Below, one piece after another: positions 1 through 7,737 of a stretch of DNA of 64,000 bases. Below the pieces are notes generated by a model, which was not told the origin of the DNA, did not search any database, and saw nothing but the letters and a program-made list of their open reading frames with translations. The position numbers were made by a program, and so were the translations under genes. How positions within the stretch are numbered: position 1 is the first letter of the stretch; each line of letters opens with the position of its first letter. The stretch spans positions 6,554 to 70,553 of the forward strand of contig JAUSDY010000171.1 in the NCBI GenBank assembly GCA_030650395.1, written 5' to 3'. This DNA is from Acidobacteriota bacterium. GTDB taxonomy: Bacteria; Acidobacteriota; Vicinamibacteria; Vicinamibacterales; UBA2999.

Positions 1-165
1 GTCACCGTTGCGGGCATCGCCGGCAACCGGGCCAGCGGCTATCCGCGCGCGGCGATCGGACGCGGCGAAATGGTGTTTGCGTGGACCGAGTCGGCTGATG
101 GCGGAGCGCTGCAGGTCAGGACCGCCACGGCGGCGCTGCCGGTCGCGGGCGCCCCGGCCAGGTAA
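1..165 (+). CDS. 3' end of an unidentified protein-coding gene (5' part outside window)
   Basis: Frame +1 is open from position 1 to TAA 163-165. Third codon positions are almost all G/C, as in neighbouring genes. 54 residues are not enough to name a product. Confidence 0.45.
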   Translation, partial: VTVAGIAGNRASGYPRAAIGRGEMVFAWTESADGGALQVRTATAALPVAGAPAR

Positions 166-174
166 TGACCGGTA

Positions 175-807
175 ATGAAACGATTCCTCCGTACGCTCGT
201 CTATACGGTCGCTGCGCTCGCGCTCGTCGCCGTCGGCGCGCTGTTCTACATCAGAGGTCGCGGGGTGAGTGCCCGCCCGGAACCATCGTGGATTGAGGCA
301 CGCACCGCGCTGTTGCTGCGAAGCTGGCTTACGCCGCCGCGCTACAAGGGACTGAACAACCCTGCTTCGGCCTCCACTGACAACATCACTGCGGGCCGCG
401 AACACTTCGCCGATCATTGCGCGACTTGTCACGCCAATGACGGCAGCGGCAATACCGAGATGGGCCGCAACTTCTACCCCAAGGCGCCGGACATGCGCCT
501 GCCGCGGACGCAGGGCCTGAGCGACGGCGAGCTGTTCTACATCATCGAAAACGGCATCCGCCTCACCGGCATGCCGGGATGGAGCAATGGGACCCCGGAG
601 GGCGAGCGATCGAGCTGGCACCTCGTCCACTTCATCCGGCACCTGCCATCGCTCACGCCGGAGGAGTTGAAGGACATGGAGCGCTTGAATCCGCGCTCCG
701 GCGCCGAGATCGACGAAGCCCGGCGCATTGAAGAGTTTCTCAAGGGCGCCGACGCTCCGGCCTCCCCGCCCCCGGATCCTCACGCTGGTCACAAACCTCC
801 GCAGTAA
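175..807 (+). CDS. membrane-anchored mono-haem c-type cytochrome
   Basis: N-terminal hydrophobic anchor (LVYTVAALALVAVGALFYI), single CxxCH haem motif (HCATCHAND), class I cytochrome c-like segment (GIRLTGMPGW). Confidence 0.8.
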   Translation: MKRFLRTLVYTVAALALVAVGALFYIRGRGVSARPEPSWIEARTALLLRSWLTPPRYKGLNNPASASTDNITAGREHFADHCATCHANDGSGNTEMGRNFYPKAPDMRLPRTQGLSDGELFYIIENGIRLTGMPGWSNGTPEGERSSWHLVHFIRHLPSLTPEELKDMERLNPRSGAEIDEARRIEEFLKGADAPASPPPDPHAGHKPPQ

Positions 808-812
808 TACAC

Positions 813-984
813 AGGTTCAGGGGTTCATTCCGTTCTGAACTGAAACAGTGAGACGCGATGCCAATTCCGAACCTCAGCCTGCTAATCGCCCTTGACGGGA
901 ACGGACCGCACGCGATCCTCGGAGTACCCTCCAATCAGGAACCCCTGAACCTCTGAACCTCTGAACCTCTGAACCTCTGAACCG
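813..984. repeat. long-range inverted repeat with octamer tandem array (tandem-word composite palindrome)
   Basis: aggttcaggggttc (813-826) is the exact reverse complement of gaacccctgaacct (939-952). The right arm continues as 5 tandem CTGAACCT units (945-984). Confidence 0.85.
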
Positions 985-1000
985 ATTCCGCTTTGGTGTA

Positions 1001-1021
1001 ATATACCCCTAGGGGGTATAT
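1001..1021. promoter_or_regulatory. candidate CsoR operator of the cop operon
   Basis: Palindrome ATATACCCC-TAG-GGGGTATAT ends 2 nt before the copZ GTG. The CCCC-N-GGGG core flanked by AT matches the known type of CsoR operator, and csoR is the last gene of the same operon. Confidence 0.6.
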
Positions 1022-1022
1022 C

Positions 1023-1238
1023 GTGAGCGCCATCGAAAAGACCTACACCATCGAGGGCATGTCCTGCGGCGGCTGCGTCAACAGCCTCACGCGCGTGCTG
1101 AAATCGGTTCCGGGGCTCGAACCCGTGAAGGTCGAAGTCGGCCGCGCCGTGCTTCGATTCGATCCGGCCGTGATCACTGCCGACACCATCAAGGCGGCCG
1201 TCGATCGCGCCGGGTTCTCTGTCATCGCCGAGCAGTAA
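1023..1238 (+). CDS. copZ: copper chaperone, heavy-metal-associated (HMA) domain protein
   Basis: 71 aa with GMSCGGC metal-binding motif and ferredoxin-like HMA layout. GTG start, directly upstream of copA. Confidence 0.85.
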   Translation: MSAIEKTYTIEGMSCGGCVNSLTRVLKSVPGLEPVKVEVGRAVLRFDPAVITADTIKAAVDRAGFSVIAEQ

Positions 1239-1239
1239 C

Positions 1240-3636
1240 GTGGCGACCCCCGCCGACTTGTCCGCCGGAGCTTCAGCGAAGGTGGAAGCGGCTTCCGCCC
1301 TCGAAGGCGGACCCGTTCTCAAGATCACTCTGCCCGTCGAGGGCATGACCTGCGCCGCCTGCCAGGCCACCGTGCAGCGCGCGCTGACGAAGGCGCCGGG
1401 CGTCGCGAAGGCCGCGGTCAACCTCATGACGAATGAGGCCACGATCAGCTACGACCCGGCGGTCACCGGACCGGAGGGCCTGGTCGCGGCCATCAACGAC
1501 ACCGGTTACGTGTCACGCGTCCCCGTCGAAGGCGAAGCCGTGCCGGCCGACGATGAGCGTGAGCAGGCGCAGCGGCGAGAGTACCTGGCCCTGCGAAACA
1601 GGGCGCTGGTCAGCCTCGCGTTGGGCGCAGTGGCGATGGTGGCGTCGATGCCGCTGATGGGCGGCGCCTCACCACATGGAGCCCACACCGGCGATCCGCT
1701 GCTGCGATGGGTGATGACGACGATCGATCCGCCCGTGCGGTCCGCGCTGCCGTGGCTCTATGCCATCGATCCGGCATCGTTGACCCTCGGCCTGCTCGCC
1801 GCCACGGTGATCGTGATGTCGTGGGCCGGGCGTCATTTCTATACCCGCGCGTGGGTGGGCATCCGCCATCGCTCCACCGACATGAATACCTTGATCGCGG
1901 TCGGCACCGGCGCGGCCTTCGTGTATTCCGTCGCGGCGACGTTCGCGCCCGGCTGGTTCGCCGCCGAAGGCGCGCGGCCGGACGTGTACTACGAGGCCGT
2001 GATCATCATCATCGCGTTGGTGCTGCTCGGCAACGCGATGGAGGCGCGGGCCAAGACCCAGACGACCCGCGCGCTGCGGCAGCTCGCGAAGCTGCAGCCA
2101 TCCACCGCACGCGTGCGCCGCGACGGCCGCGAGCAGGAGATTCCGATCGCAGAGGTCCGCGTCGGCGACCTCGCCCTGGTTCGCCCCGGCGAGCGCTTCC
2201 CCGTCGACGGCGAGGTGGTGAGCGGCAGCGGCGCGGTCGACGAGTCGATGCTCACCGGTGAATCCATGCCGGTCGACAAGGCCCCCGGCGATCGCGTGAT
2301 TGGCGCGACGGTGAATTCGTCCGGCGCCATGGAAGTGCGCGCCAGCGCCATCGGCGCCGGCACCGTGCTCGCCCGGATCGTGACGTTGATGAAAGAGGCG
2401 CAGGGCTCGCAGGCGCCGATTCAACGGCTGGCCGATCGCATCTCGGCGGTGTTCGTGCCCATCGTCATCTCGCTGTCGATCGCGACGTTTGCCGCGTGGA
2501 TGGTGCTGCCCGACACGCCCTCGTTCGCATCGGCGATCACCGCATCGGTCGCGGTCCTGATCATCGCCTGTCCCTGCGCAATGGGCCTGGCCGTGCCGAC
2601 CGCGGTGATGGTCGCCAGCGGCCGCGGCGCCGCCGCCGGCATCTTGATCAAGGGCGGCGAACCGCTCGAACGGCTCGCGTCGGTCGACACGGTGGTGTTC
2701 GACAAGACCGGCACGCTGACACAGGGGACGCCGAAGGTGGTGGATGTTGCCATCGCGGCCGGCCAGGATCGTGCTGAGACGTTACGGTTGGCCGCAGCGC
2801 TTGAGGCGCGCTCGGAGCATCCACTCGCGAAAGCCGTTGTGACTTTCGCGGGCGAGTCTTCAGCCCCGACTGTTGACGAAGTCAGGGCCATTCCAGGTAA
2901 GGGCGTGCGCGGCTTCGTGGACCGTCGAAACGTGACGATCGGAACAGAAGCACTCATGCGTGAGTCGCGGATCGATACTTCCGCTATGGCCCGCCAGACC
3001 GAGCCGTGGGCCGCAGAAGCCAAGACTGTCGTGTTTGTTGCAATAGACGGCACGGTTGCCGGCGCATTTGCGATCGCCGACACCATGCGTCCGAATGCCG
3101 CCACGATCGTCTCCTCGCTCAAGGCGCGCGGGCTCCATACCGTCATGTTGACCGGCGACCGCCGCACCACCGCCGAGGCCGTGGCGAAGCAGGCCGGCAT
3201 CGACGAGGTCATTGCGGACGTCCTGCCGGACGGCAAGGTCGCCGCGATCAAGGCGTTGCAAGCCAAAGGCCGCGTCGTGGCGATGGTCGGCGACGGCCTC
3301 AACGACGCGCCGGCGCTGGCGCAGGCCGACATCGGGATGGCGATGGCGTCGGGCACCGACATCGCGGCCGACGCGGCGTCGGTCACCTTGATGCGCAGCG
3401 ACCTGGCGAGTGTCGAACACGCGATCGTGCTCGCGCGCAAGACGATGAAGACGATGAAGCAGAACCTGTTCTGGGCGTTTGTCTACAACGTCATCGGCAT
3501 TCCGGTGGCGGCGGGATTGCTCTACCCGGCGGTCGGCATCCTGCTGAGTCCGATCATCGCGAGCGCGGCGATGGCCTTCAGCTCGGTCAGCGTCGTGTCC
3601 AACAGCCTGCGGTTGAGAGGAGTGAGCCTGTCGTGA
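1240..3636 (+). CDS. copA: copper-translocating P1B-type ATPase
   Basis: N-terminal HMA (GMTCAACQ), TGES, CPC (IIACPCAMG), DKTGTLT and [10 protein letters not shown] motifs. 798 aa. Confidence 0.95.
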   Translation: MATPADLSAGASAKVEAASALEGGPVLKITLPVEGMTCAACQATVQRALTKAPGVAKAAVNLMTNEATISYDPAVTGPEGLVAAINDTGYVSRVPVEGEAVPADDEREQAQRREYLALRNRALVSLALGAVAMVASMPLMGGASPHGAHTGDPLLRWVMTTIDPPVRSALPWLYAIDPASLTLGLLAATVIVMSWAGRHFYTRAWVGIRHRSTDMNTLIAVGTGAAFVYSVAATFAPGWFAAEGARPDVYYEAVIIIIALVLLGNAMEARAKTQTTRALRQLAKLQPSTARVRRDGREQEIPIAEVRVGDLALVRPGERFPVDGEVVSGSGAVDESMLTGESMPVDKAPGDRVIGATVNSSGAMEVRASAIGAGTVLARIVTLMKEAQGSQAPIQRLADRISAVFVPIVISLSIATFAAWMVLPDTPSFASAITASVAVLIIACPCAMGLAVPTAVMVASGRGAAAGILIKGGEPLERLASVDTVVFDKTGTLTQGTPKVVDVAIAAGQDRAETLRLAAALEARSEHPLAKAVVTFAGESSAPTVDEVRAIPGKGVRGFVDRRNVTIGTEALMRESRIDTSAMARQTEPWAAEAKTVVFVAIDGTVAGAFAIADTMRPNAATIVSSLKARGLHTVMLTGDRRTTAEAVAKQAGIDEVIADVLPDGKVAAIKALQAKGRVVAMVGDGLNDAPALAQADIGMAMASGTDIAADAASVTLMRSDLASVEHAIVLARKTMKTMKQNLFWAFVYNVIGIPVAAGLLYPAVGILLSPIIASAAMAFSSVSVVSNSLRLRGVSLS

Positions 3637-4001
3637 CGCCCGCCTCCGCTCGCCGCAAGACCGGTCGCGAGCTTCGGCGAGGTCTCGCCGTAGCGGCCGT
3701 CGGCCGCGAAGGCGGAAAGGCCGATGCGGTGGATCCCGATATCAAGGACGCCAACCTGAAGCGGCTGCGCCGGATCGAAGGCCAGATTCGCGGCCTCCAC
3801 AAGATGGTCGAAGAGGATCGCTACTGCCCCGACATCATCACGCAGATCGCGTCGGCGCAAGAAGCGCTGCGCGGCGTGGGCCGGCAGCTGCTGCGCAATC
3901 ACCTGAAGCACTGCGCGACGACGGCGATCAAGAAAGGGCCGAAGGAAGCGGATGCCACTTACGACGAGCTGCTCGAGCTCGTGTATCGACACCTGCGGTG
4001 A
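3633..4001 (+). CDS. csoR: CsoR/RcnR-family metal-sensing transcriptional repressor
   Basis: The C-terminal ~90 aa ([53 protein letters not shown]) fits the CsoR/DUF156 fold with Cys/His ligands. GTG 3633 overlaps the copA stop (GTGA). The exact start is uncertain. Confidence 0.75.
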   Translation: MTPASARRKTGRELRRGLAVAAVGREGGKADAVDPDIKDANLKRLRRIEGQIRGLHKMVEEDRYCPDIITQIASAQEALRGVGRQLLRNHLKHCATTAIKKGPKEADATYDELLELVYRHLR

Positions 4002-4067
4002 ATAACCAAAAACCAATAACAAAAAACCAAAGACTCTTTGGTTATTGGTAATTCGTTATTGGTTATT
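4001..4067. terminator. AT-rich hairpin between convergent csoR and the M49-like peptidase gene (AATAACCAA word family)
   Basis: aataaccaaaaaccaataacaaaaaaccaaag / ctttggttattggtaattcgttattggttatt are imperfectly complementary arms. The element overlaps both stop codons (TGA 3999-4001, TAA 4063-4065). Terminator function is inferred. Confidence 0.5.
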
Positions 4068-5769
4068 TCAACAAGTCGATAGCCGTCACAAACCGGGGCT
4101 CGATGTCGACCGGCACCGAGTTGAGCTTGTCGAGAATCGCCTTGGCCGGCGGACGCAGCACGCCGAGGGTCTCGATCATCTGCTTGGCCTTGGCGTAGCT
4201 GCCCTCGGCCTGCAGCATCATGATCTCGCGCGTCAGCGCGGTCACGCCGTCGCGGATCTTCGCCGTATCCACCGCGAACGTGCCGTCGCCGTTCACCGTG
4301 AAGGCGCCCGTGTCGAGCAGGTAGTTCAACTGGATGGCCTGGCCGCGGCCGTGCGCCTCGGCGATGCCGAAGCGCAGCGATCGGAACGCCGACGCGAGGA
4401 ACGTCGTGTAGATCGTATTCTCCAGCCGCTTGTCGAGCTCGCCGCGGTCGATCAGGAACTGCAGGGCAAACAGGCCCGAGATGTCGGCCTTGGCTTCTTC
4501 GATGGCGCTGTAGGTGTCCTTCAGCTCCTGGCGCACGGTGGTGGTGCGTCCGCCGACGGTGATGTCGTGGGGGCCGAGGCCGTGCATCAGCTCGTGCATC
4601 AGGATGTGCGTGAAAAACGCTTCGAAGGCAATCTTGTCGTGATCGCTCGAGGCGAGCGCAACCTTGGAGATCGGCACCAGCACTTTCTGGAACTTCGCCT
4701 CCTGGTTGTTCTTCAACATCACCCGCTTGCTGCCCTTCTCGCGGATCACCCGCTCGTCGTTGGGCAGGTTGAAGGCGGCGGTCTGCACGCCGCGGTTGCC
4801 GTCGCCGGCCGAGAACACGGTGTTGACGACCGCGATTGGCGCCAGGGCGCCGAGTTTCGGGTTGCGGTACTTCGGATCGATCGGCAGGTTGTCTTCGATC
4901 GCCTGCAGCGAGCCGGCGAACTTGCGCAGCTTGTCGGATTCGGTTTGATCCTTGACGGTGATGAAGGCCTCGAACGCCGCCTTGTAGTTGAACCATTCGT
5001 CTTCGTAGACCTCGTACGGTCCGATGGCCGGCTCGATCGTGGCGTCCAGCTCCATCCATTTCACGTCGCTGTCGAAGTAGTCATTCGACACGAACGCGGC
5101 GGCGCGGCTTTCGAGAAACGCCTTGAGCGTGGGCTGCGCGGTCGCGGCGGCCGCGGCGCGCAGGTGCTGGGCCGCCAGCGCCAGCTCGCCCTGGTATTCG
5201 GTGCTGTACGGCACGGCGACCAAGCCGCCGGACGGAGCGCGCCGGATCGTAGTGAAGAACCCGGTGGCGCTCGTCTTCTCGGCCGCGCCGAGCGATGCGA
5301 TCCACGTCTCCACTTCGGCCTTGGTCGCACCGGCGGGATAGAAATTGGCCGACGCCGGTTTCTCGGGCGCACCGGGCACGAAGGCCTGGTGGTGATCGAG
5401 CCGCGACCACGGGCCCTTGTTGACGAGAAAGGCGTGGAGCCGGGCCTTGCCGGCGGGCGACTCGTCCTTGATCAAGTTGTAGAGCATGGTCTCGTTGCCC
5501 GACCACACTTGCTCGAGGAAGAGCGCGTCCATCACCTGCGCGGCCCGCACCATGTGCGCGAGCGCATCGCGCTCGTTGGGCGGCAGCGCCGTGATGTCGG
5601 CGCTCAAATCGGTGACCGCAAAACGCGCGGTCTGTTGCTGAAGCTGCGACAGGTCCTTGTCGACCGGCGCCGGCGTCGCGGGCGGCGGCGGCGATGGCGC
5701 CTGCGCCCGGCAGCCCGCCAGGGTCGCCACGAGAGACATAGACGTTACCACGACACGCAACCTTCCCAT
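4063..5769 (-). CDS. M49 (dipeptidyl-peptidase III)-like zinc metallopeptidase lipoprotein
   Basis: HELMHG...EEAKAD motif pair resembles the M49 HExxxH/EExxAx signatures. Lipoprotein signal MGRLRVVVTSMSLVATLAGC. ATG 5769 is preceded by GGAGAG; the ORF extends to 5781. Confidence 0.65.
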   Translation of the reverse strand: MGRLRVVVTSMSLVATLAGCRAQAPSPPPPATPAPVDKDLSQLQQQTARFAVTDLSADITALPPNERDALAHMVRAAQVMDALFLEQVWSGNETMLYNLIKDESPAGKARLHAFLVNKGPWSRLDHHQAFVPGAPEKPASANFYPAGATKAEVETWIASLGAAEKTSATGFFTTIRRAPSGGLVAVPYSTEYQGELALAAQHLRAAAAATAQPTLKAFLESRAAAFVSNDYFDSDVKWMELDATIEPAIGPYEVYEDEWFNYKAAFEAFITVKDQTESDKLRKFAGSLQAIEDNLPIDPKYRNPKLGALAPIAVVNTVFSAGDGNRGVQTAAFNLPNDERVIREKGSKRVMLKNNQEAKFQKVLVPISKVALASSDHDKIAFEAFFTHILMHELMHGLGPHDITVGGRTTTVRQELKDTYSAIEEAKADISGLFALQFLIDRGELDKRLENTIYTTFLASAFRSLRFGIAEAHGRGQAIQLNYLLDTGAFTVNGDGTFAVDTAKIRDGVTALTREIMMLQAEGSYAKAKQMIETLGVLRPPAKAILDKLNSVPVDIEPRFVTAIDLLK

Positions 5770-5812
5770 TTGACTCTCCATCTCACGTTCGTCCGATCCT
5801 CTCGTTAATCGC

Positions 5813-5939
5813 GACGGGAGTTGAGCCTAGTCGGGAGGGCTCTTCTTGTCGGGAGGACAAGTCTTGTCGGGAAGTAAATCCCGTCAAGAGTTGCGTTCCC
5901 GTCAAGGGGTGCCCTCCCGTCAAGAAGTGCCCTCCCGTC
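5813..5939. repeat. tandem-word composite palindrome (CTTGTCGGGAGG / CCTCCCGTCAAG words)
   Basis: The left arm has 3-4 units of cttgtcggga(g/a)g and the right arm 4 units of (c)tcccgtcaag, complementary except one T:T per unit. Outermost gacgggag (5813-20) pairs with ctcccgtc (5932-39). Confidence 0.85.
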
Positions 5940-5948
5940 AGGCCGGCT

Positions 5949-6500
5949 CTAGTGAACGCCCGAGGAACCCTGCAACATCGAGGGCTCCGCTCCGAGCCGG
6001 CGAATGACCGCTTCCCACATGCCGTCGACCGGCGTTGAAAAAATCAGGTCCGCTTCGACCGGCGCCAGCAGCCAGGACGATTCGGCGAGCTCGGCGTCGA
6101 GCTGCCCGGCGGTCCAGCCCGCGTACCCCACCACCATCCGCACCGCCGGGTCCGGAGCGGACTCGAGCGTCTTGCGGACCAGGGCCGGCGACGCCGACAG
6201 GTAGACGCCACCCATGACTTCGAGCGCATCGGCATCGAGCTCGGGCTTGGCGGTCAGAATCCAGGCGCGCGTGGGCTCGACCGGGCCGCCGGTGAACAGG
6301 TGCATTCGTGGATGGATCCGCAGCGGCTCATCGGCGGTCACGATCGATTGCGCCGGCTCCGGCATGCGGCGGTTCAGCACGAGGCCGAAGGCGCCATGCG
6401 CGCCGTATTCAGCCAGCAGCACGACCGTCTTCGAGAAGTTGGGATCGTTCATCTGCGGCATCGACACCAGCAGGACCGGGGCGAGGGAGGCATTCGCCAT
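5949..6500 (-). CDS. YqgE/AlgH family protein (UPF0301)
   Basis: LLVSMPQMNDPNFSKTVVLLAEYGAHGAFGLVLNR is the typical N-terminal signature of this family. 183 aa. Confidence 0.85.
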   Translation of the reverse strand: MANASLAPVLLVSMPQMNDPNFSKTVVLLAEYGAHGAFGLVLNRRMPEPAQSIVTADEPLRIHPRMHLFTGGPVEPTRAWILTAKPELDADALEVMGGVYLSASPALVRKTLESAPDPAVRMVVGYAGWTAGQLDAELAESSWLLAPVEADLIFSTPVDGMWEAVIRRLGAEPSMLQGSSGVH

Positions 6501-6521
6501 GTTCTGATCCTAGATCATGCG

Positions 6522-6579
6522 GGGCTTGAGGGCTCGAGGGCTTGGCGTTTTTTGCCTTTTGCCTTCTGCCTTCTGCCTT
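6522..6579. repeat. spacer built from GGGCTTGA octamers followed by a GCCTTNT heptamer array
   Basis: gggcttgagggctcgagggcttgg (6522-45), whose first 23 nt (6522-44) also occur at 38449-71. Then gcctttt gccttct gccttct gcctt (6554-78). This fills the queG-yqgE spacer. Confidence 0.85.
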
Positions 6580-7648
6580 AACCCTCTGTCTTCAGTCGCC
6601 CTCGCGCCCATGCGACCGCGTCTTCGACTGCCGGGGTGTGCGCGCTGTGGGCCGCATTCCTGATGCCGCGGCCGGGCCGATCGAGCACGGCCGCAAGCGA
6701 GCCGTCGCCGCTGTTGCCAATCACCATCGCAAGGTTTCGCCGGAACCCTGACAGCGTCAGGTGGGTCATGGCGCTGCCGGCCACGAATTGATGGAGCTCG
6801 TTGTCGGTCTGCTGCCACAACGCCGCCGCCGACACGCCGTTGCGCGGCACGGCGTGCCAGGCCGGATCCTCGCTCCGCGGCCCCGCGAGGTTCCAGGGGC
6901 AGACGTCCTGGCAAATGTCGCATCCGTACGCATGGTTGGCGATCTGCGGGCGCTCATCGGGCGCAATCGCGCCGGCCGTCTCGATAGTCAGATACGAGAT
7001 GCACCTGGTAGCGTCGAGCACGTGCGCGTCGACCAGCGCCCCGGTCGGGCAGGCGTCGATGCAGAGCGTGCAGGCGCCGCATTGATCGAGCGACGGCGCA
7101 TCGATGTCGAGCGCGAGATCGGTCGCGATGCCGGCGAGGAACAGAAAGGAGCCCAGCTCGGGATTGATCACGCAAGTGTTCTTGCCGATCCACCCGATGC
7201 CCGCGTGCCGCGCGTACGGGCGTTCCTGCACCTGGTGTTTGTCGACGAAGATGGCCGCGTCAAACGGCTCGGACTGTTGCTCGCGCATCCAGGCGACAAG
7301 CACCTCGAGCCGCTCGCCCAGCACGACGTGATAATCCCGCCCGCGCGCATAGCGGGCAATCTGAACGGGGTCGCTAGGCCCCGTTTTGCCTTCTGCCTTT
7401 TGCCTTATGCCTTCGTCCGTGTTGTAAACCGTCCCCGTCACGATCACCGACCGCGCCGAGGGCAGAAACTTCCGGATGTCAGCGCGAACGTGGGCCGACT
7501 TGTGGAGGTAGATCATCTCGCCGGCGCAGCCGCGGGCGAGCCAGTCCGGCAGGTGCGCCAGCTCCGGCAGCGCCGCCGCGGGAGCAATCCCGCAGACGTC
7601 GAAACCTAACGACCGAGCCTGTTCCTTGATTCCGTCAGCGTGCAACAC
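6578..7648 (-). CDS. queG: tRNA epoxyqueuosine(34) reductase
   Basis: Two 4Fe-4S ferredoxin motifs (CGACTLCIDACP, CDICQDVCPWN) in a QueG-type context, with C-terminal HEAT-like tail. GTG start. Confidence 0.9.
   Translation of the reverse strand: MLHADGIKEQARSLGFDVCGIAPAAALPELAHLPDWLARGCAGEMIYLHKSAHVRADIRKFLPSARSVIVTGTVYNTDEGIRQKAEGKTGPSDPVQIARYARGRDYHVVLGERLEVLVAWMREQQSEPFDAAIFVDKHQVQERPYARHAGIGWIGKNTCVINPELGSFLFLAGIATDLALDIDAPSLDQCGACTLCIDACPTGALVDAHVLDATRCISYLTIETAGAIAPDERPQIANHAYGCDICQDVCPWNLAGPRSEDPAWHAVPRNGVSAAALWQQTDNELHQFVAGSAMTHLTLSGFRRNLAMVIGNSGDGSLAAVLDRPGRGIRNAAHSAHTPAVEDAVAWARGRLKTEG
7388..7415. repeat. GCCTTNT heptamer array inside queG coding sequence
   Basis: gccttct gcctttt gccttat gccttcg, translated on the minus strand as part of EGIRQKAEGKTG. 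It is the same word as the array just downstream of queG (6554-78). Confidence 0.8.
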
Positions 7649-7650
7649 AC

Positions 7651-7737
7651 TTGAAACTTAAAACTGAACTTAAAACTGAACTTCAAACTGAACTTCAAAC
7701 TGAAACTTTCAACTTACAACTTTCAACTTTCAACTTG
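7651..7737. repeat. one-armed tandem-word element (AAACTGAACTTN 12-mers then CTTTCAA heptamers)
   Basis: 4 x aaactgaactt(a/c) followed by ctttcaa units. It equals the right arm of the full palindrome at 46166-46318. It covers the acnA-queG spacer and the last acnA codons. Confidence 0.85.

Noticed and set aside
3006-3632. Upstream part of the 331-aa ORF containing csoR
   Set aside because: It is an out-of-frame overlap with copA. Only the last ~123 codons (from GTG 3633) show CsoR-like sequence.
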